NCBI GenBank assembly: GCA_964035575.1 | Contig: OZ037840.1 | Coordinates: forward strand, 868,001-932,000 | From: Rhynchopus sp. YZ270_cl-10 | Lineage: Eukaryota | Direction of reading: 5' to 3' | DNA length: 64,000 bases | In this document: positions 59,057 to 64,000 of the stretch, piece after piece | Layout: every line of letters begins with the position of its first letter | Position numbering within the stretch: the stretch's first letter is position 1 | The notes under the pieces: model-generated | Databases searched by the model: none | What the model saw: the letters and a program-made list of their open reading frames with translations, nothing else | What the model was told of the DNA's origin: nothing | Program-made: the position numbers and the translations under genes

Positions 59057-60165
59057 GTCGCAACAGCATATATCCACGCCACGCCCACCCTCCGCCCAAC
59101 TTACTTCCATTTCGCGGTCTACGTTGAGATGTCCTACTCCCGCTACCGCTCGTCAGTCAACGAAACGGGTATAATTGGAACACAAGGGAGCAAATCCTTG
59201 TGCGAAGTAAGTGGGCTCGGTTTTTTGTATACAACAGACGAAGCGGAACGCGTACGGTTGTAAGGAAATAATACAAGCCGAAATGTTTGGGTGTCTTCGG
59301 CTCGAATGATTTAAAGTCCAATGAAAATCACTTCGTATAGAAGAGCTCAAGAATGTAGGTTTTATTATTTTTTGGACCTCATTAGGAGGAGCCTATGAAG
59401 GAAACCCGTGGCTACTATCCAGCGATAGAGTCTAGAATCAAACAAAAGTTTTTTTGTGTGTCTCTCAAGCGTCACAGGAGGAGAAAAGAGTTTTCTCAGA
59501 TACAGTCGCCAATCACCCCCCCTCCATCAGGGGTAATTGAGCAATCAACGAATGATGTTGCACAATGGGGCATTCATCTTTCGTATTTTTTTTTTCTTCT
59601 TCGTTTTCCTCACATTACGTAACGCAGCACATAACGCTAAGCAAAGTTACCACTGAGGGAAGGGAATTTATGGTGTTCATCGCAAAATAATTACTCCACA
59701 AAACGGGCTTTCCCCTATCACACCCCCACCCACACACCCCCCCTTTTTTTAGACCCTTGGACCCCCTTGCGCACAGCATTGGGAAGGAAAGAGACAAAAT
59801 AAAAACTGTCTCCCCCTTCCCGAGGGGTACGCCACCAGTGATGTATATAGGGGTATTTATGTGGGACCAAATCCCACAAAAAATCGAAAAAAAAAAAAAA
59901 AACTATAGAACTTCGGGATTTTTTGCAATTTTTACCTTACCTTACAGGGCTCTAAGAGGGGTCCCGAAGGGACTACAGAGCAACGCGACCCCACCATGAA
60001 GAGCACGGTCGTCAAGAATCCTAAAAAACGAGTCGGGATTCCGCAAAAAGGGGTTCTCTGAGTGACTCGTGGTGTAAAAAGCTAGATTTTTACACCGTAC
60101 CATGAATTTTTTTTCGCCTGCGGCGCCATCTTATATTGTTTTTTTTGCTCCGCAAAAAAAAAATA

Positions 60166-61968
60166 GGGGAAACGACAATGTGGACTCTAAAAATGTGGAT
60201 TACGACAATGTGGATTAATAATCCACATTGTCGTAATCCACATTGTCGCAAAAAATAATCCACATTGTCGCATAATCCGGATTCTTGATTTTTTGCCTTC
60301 TTGGTACCCCATTCATGCACTGAGGAGATAATGATCCAACAATTTACAAGAAAGATTACTTAACCTACTGCTGGAAGTTGCCAGGTCGTAGTAACACACA
60401 AAGTGTGCCTCCGTTCGGGAAGACCGGATATTCTAGAGACCAAAAAGGCCTCAAGAATATCTTCCGGTAGTCAAGGTATAACCGAATGAACGGCCCAAGA
60501 CCCCCGTGGAGAAGTTAAATGTGTAATGCTATCAAGTAGAAACTGCGACCACTGTCTTACCCTCCTCAATGCATGGTGGAAGATGTCTTTCACAACAAAT
60601 ATCCTGTACCCAGGTACCCAGGTTCCCAGACCCACGCAGTACTACGTCGCAGTACTACGCAAAATTTACCACCAGACCCTGTCTTCGTGCACCTGAAGTA
60701 CAACGCCGCAGACAGGCCAAACATGCGTTGGACTCAGAGGAATGCCCGCTGTGCAGGTATCATGAGAACCAACTCCCAGCAACAAGGGGCGCCTTTTGGC
60801 GGGCGTTGCTGAGGGTGTTTGGGGTGCAAAGTTTTCCACAATTTTGATGCGCGGGTACAGAAGTGTTGTCTTGTTCTTTCATCTCTAGGAATGTAAATGT
60901 CAATCGCGTTTAACTACCACTAGGGCTTGTTTAGTGAACCCACAAGGGGTCGAAGGGGGTTGGTTATCCCATATCTATCAAAGGTTGTGTCGACCAGGCG
61001 AAACCACTATGTTACGCTGTACGTTGTTAAATCCGAAGAAATAACGCTTTAGCAGCCGCAGGAAGTTTGTTAAAAAGAGTGCCTCACGCTACACAAACCA
61101 CCACCCGCGATTGACTTAGATGTTATAACAAAGAGAATTCAGAACAAAACAACACCCTGCCCCATACACACTAAATTGCCATGCTTCAAGAGCATGCCTG
61201 GGCCAAAATTACTATGACGAAAAGGCAACAAGACCACCCACAAGGAGTGTGAATTGTGCACTGGTTTTCTGGGGGAACAAACAATATTTTCTTGTGTCTA
61301 GTCCTCCGTAAGCAGAGGACAGACTTTCCAGAAGGTTTCCAAAGTCGAATTTCTTGCACTAGCTATGCTCCCTGGGTTAATGGCAATAGCAGTGACTGAC
61401 AAAGTGTTCCCACCCCCCTTTCTACCCCATATGTTCGCTCGTTTTGCACAGTCGGTTGTCGATGTTGCACTCATTGCGATACCTGTTTAAAAGTGAATTT
61501 GTGAGTGGTGGGGAAATTAAAGAAGGTGACTTCTTAAAAAAAGAAGTTGGCCTGAGGGTGTAAAATATTGTTCTGGATACTTTTGGAGGAAATACGAGTC
61601 GACGGCCTTATTTTGTTGAATATTCACCAGAAAGTTAAACATATTTACATACCTTGTCTTGCGCCTTCGCTGCTGTCAAGGTGCCTTCTCTGGGTGCCCA
61701 GTACCCAGGGGGAGGCTCAAAACTGCTCAATTCTGGCTGGAATTGCAAAATTGGGCACTTTTAGTAGGTGACCAAAAAAAATTTCGAGAGTCTAGTTATT
61801 ACAGAGGCTCACCTTAGAAGGCAAAAAATCAAGAATCCGGATTATGCGACAATGTGGATTATTTTTTGCGACAATGTGGATTACGACAATGTGGATTATG
61901 CGACAATGTGGATTAATAATCCACATTGTCGTAATCCACATTTTTAGAGTCCACATTGTCGTTTCCCC
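60166..61968. mobile_element. Mutator/Foldback-like element with ~135-150 bp TIRs built of CGACAATGTGGATTA repeats
   Basis: GGGGAAACGACAATGTGG...CCACATTGTCGTTTCCCC; 9-bp TSD AAAAAAATA; an uninterrupted relative of the target lies inverted at ~21436-21520. Confidence 0.85.
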
Positions 61969-63719
61969 AAAAAAATATAGTTCCCAGTGTCTTCCCTTGT
62001 CAGCAGTGCTGAATTTTTGGGCAGCTGACCCCGATCTTGAAATCTGGATTCCTGCCTGGACAAGACACTAGTTTTCCACACACAAAAACAATGACTGACC
62101 TCACACAAAACCACCGTTTTGGTGGGTGCTGGCTATATAAAACCCTGCACACAACCACGCGAAAAACCAAGAAAAAGGGGGTTTCCCACATATTTCCCCC
62201 TTTACTGCACCACCACCACCCCTATATACATTACTGTACGCCACTACACAAAAAAAAAAAAAAAATCTTTCCATTTACAGTAGGACAAGAAACTTGGCGA
62301 CCAAAAAAAAAAAAATTTGTTAGCCAAATAATATTGGCGGGTTTTGGGGGTTTTCTTGGTAGGATAGGTGGTTCTTGAGTCACATTGGTTGAGAAGTAGC
62401 TTTTTATTTTTTTTCGCAATTTTGGGCAGGCTCTCCGCTAGGATTTCCGATTTTGAAAATATTCTGTTGATGGTCCACGTTGGTGGGGTACATGCTTGCG
62501 CCGCAGGCGCACGGTACGCAACTTTTTTTTTTTACCAACGCCCGATTTTGACTTTTTTGGGACGTTTGAGCACTCACCTCTCCATATCTTCTTCTCCTGA
62601 GCTTTTTTGACAAGTAGAACGGGTCTGAACCACTTAGCAGAACTTTTTTTTTTTTTCTTTTTTTCCCCATTTTCAAAAAGTTCTGTTGACAATCAACAGA
62701 ACTTTAGTACCTAGCGGAGTGCCTGATTTTGGGTACCATTTTTGTGCCTCCCTTCGACTCTCCATGTGTACTTTTGGGTGCCTGCATGAGTGCCGACCAA
62801 AAAATATTGGCGGATTTTGGAGGTTTTCTTGCAATTGGATATTTTTTTGGTCGCCAATATTGTCCTACTGTAATACAAACAACTTTCGTGAGGAGTGATG
62901 CAATGATGTGCAGATCCCGACTCGCGTTAGGTTGATTGTTGCAAACAAAAGAACACTGTCTATACCTTCCGTAGTACAAAGGCTTCGGCCCACAGGACAA
63001 AACCCCTAAGTTCCCCAAGCGGGTCCTTAGGCGATTGTCGACACAACAAAAAATAAAAATATTAACATTCTGCCTTTACAACCCTCAAACCCTATAGTAT
63101 ATAGTATACTTCCCCCCCTCCCCTAGTTTTGACAGTGCAACCTTTCCCCATGTATTTGCATGGGAAACAATATGACAAACAGGTGCAGGGTGGTTCCGTG
63201 CATATCATAGAACCCGGCACCTTGTGTGTCTCCCAAAAACAAAAAGCGTGGACCTGTTACACGCAGCATCCCCCCCCATTGTAAAGAAACTGCGCACCCA
63301 CTGGTTAAAATAACTTTTTTGTGGCCTCAAATCCCTTCCTCTTTTCCTGTAAGTTTAAAAAAAGCCCTCCGTTTTTTTAAAATGGAAAGTAACCAGCACA
63401 AACCACCCCAAATCAATTTGGTTTCCCCTTTCTCACCCCCCTCCCTTCCCCCCCTTTTTTTAAAAAAATATTTTAAGATGTTGTGCATGATGTACCTCCA
63501 TCTCGCGACCGCCAGTTGCCTAAATGTTTTTTTCTCTTTTGCTTTGAAAAGAAAAGAAAATAAAGCAAAAATGAAATAAACACAGAGTACCAAAAAAAGG
63601 GGGGGATGGGGAGGTTACCAGCGACACGGCATCCATAAGCCCTTACTAAGGGATATGAGCTCCACCTCTTAATTTTTTAGGCCCTCATTTTAGGATCAGC
63701 TAAAATTACTGGGGGGGGG

Positions 63720-63820
63720 CTAATACAAGAGGTACTGCTAATACAAGAGGTATGCCTAATACAAGAGGTACTTTGAAATCGGGATTTTCACGATTTTTTA
63801 CCGGCTAATACAAGAGGTAC
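63720..63820. repeat. CTAATACAAGAGGTA x4, probably subterminal repeats of an element running out of the window
   Basis: Four visible copies. Confidence 0.6.
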
Positions 63821-64000
63821 TTTATTCTTTCCTTTATTTGACTTGATCACTTTTTTTCAAAAAAATAAATCGATGGTGTCAAATGAAAGGTTTGCTCAAA
63901 ATCTTTCAATTGCGGCCAGGTACGATCAAAAAGTTGAAAAATTTCCCGTGTTACTGGTTGGCGAGAGTAAAAATCCAGAAAAAAAATTAGCAAAAATCCA

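Overview
Eukaryotic, transposon-saturated genomic DNA, most likely from a euglenozoan protist such as a diplonemid. This is inferred from kinetoplastid-type class III adenylate cyclases, a cruzipain-like protease, GT-AG introns, and all host genes lying on one strand. Host genes, all on +: a 3' gene fragment, a spliced PDZ+CKK (CAMSAP-like) gene, a Mind-bomb-SH3-like protein, a cathepsin L-like protease, a 4-exon CCDC57-like gene, a small D/D-domain ORF, four tandem multi-TM adenylate cyclases, and an LVIVD-repeat membrane protein. The rest is mostly nested TIR elements (hAT-, MULE-, Tc1/pogo- and Harbinger-like), satellites grown inside them, a DIRS-like relic and an 18S rRNA fragment. The highlight is an apparently intact 4-kb transposon (50372-54359). 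It has RSS-heptamer-like CACGGTG ends, ~530-545 bp TIRs and a 2-bp TSD, and encodes a RAG1-core/Transib-like transposase with C-terminal C2H2 fingers plus a second unknown ORF with an acidic tail. A second pattern occurs three times: (G)GCATA-ended elements inserted exactly at the end of TAGGGG-ended elements that sit in G/C homopolymer runs. All homology calls are by-eye motif recognition, not database searches.
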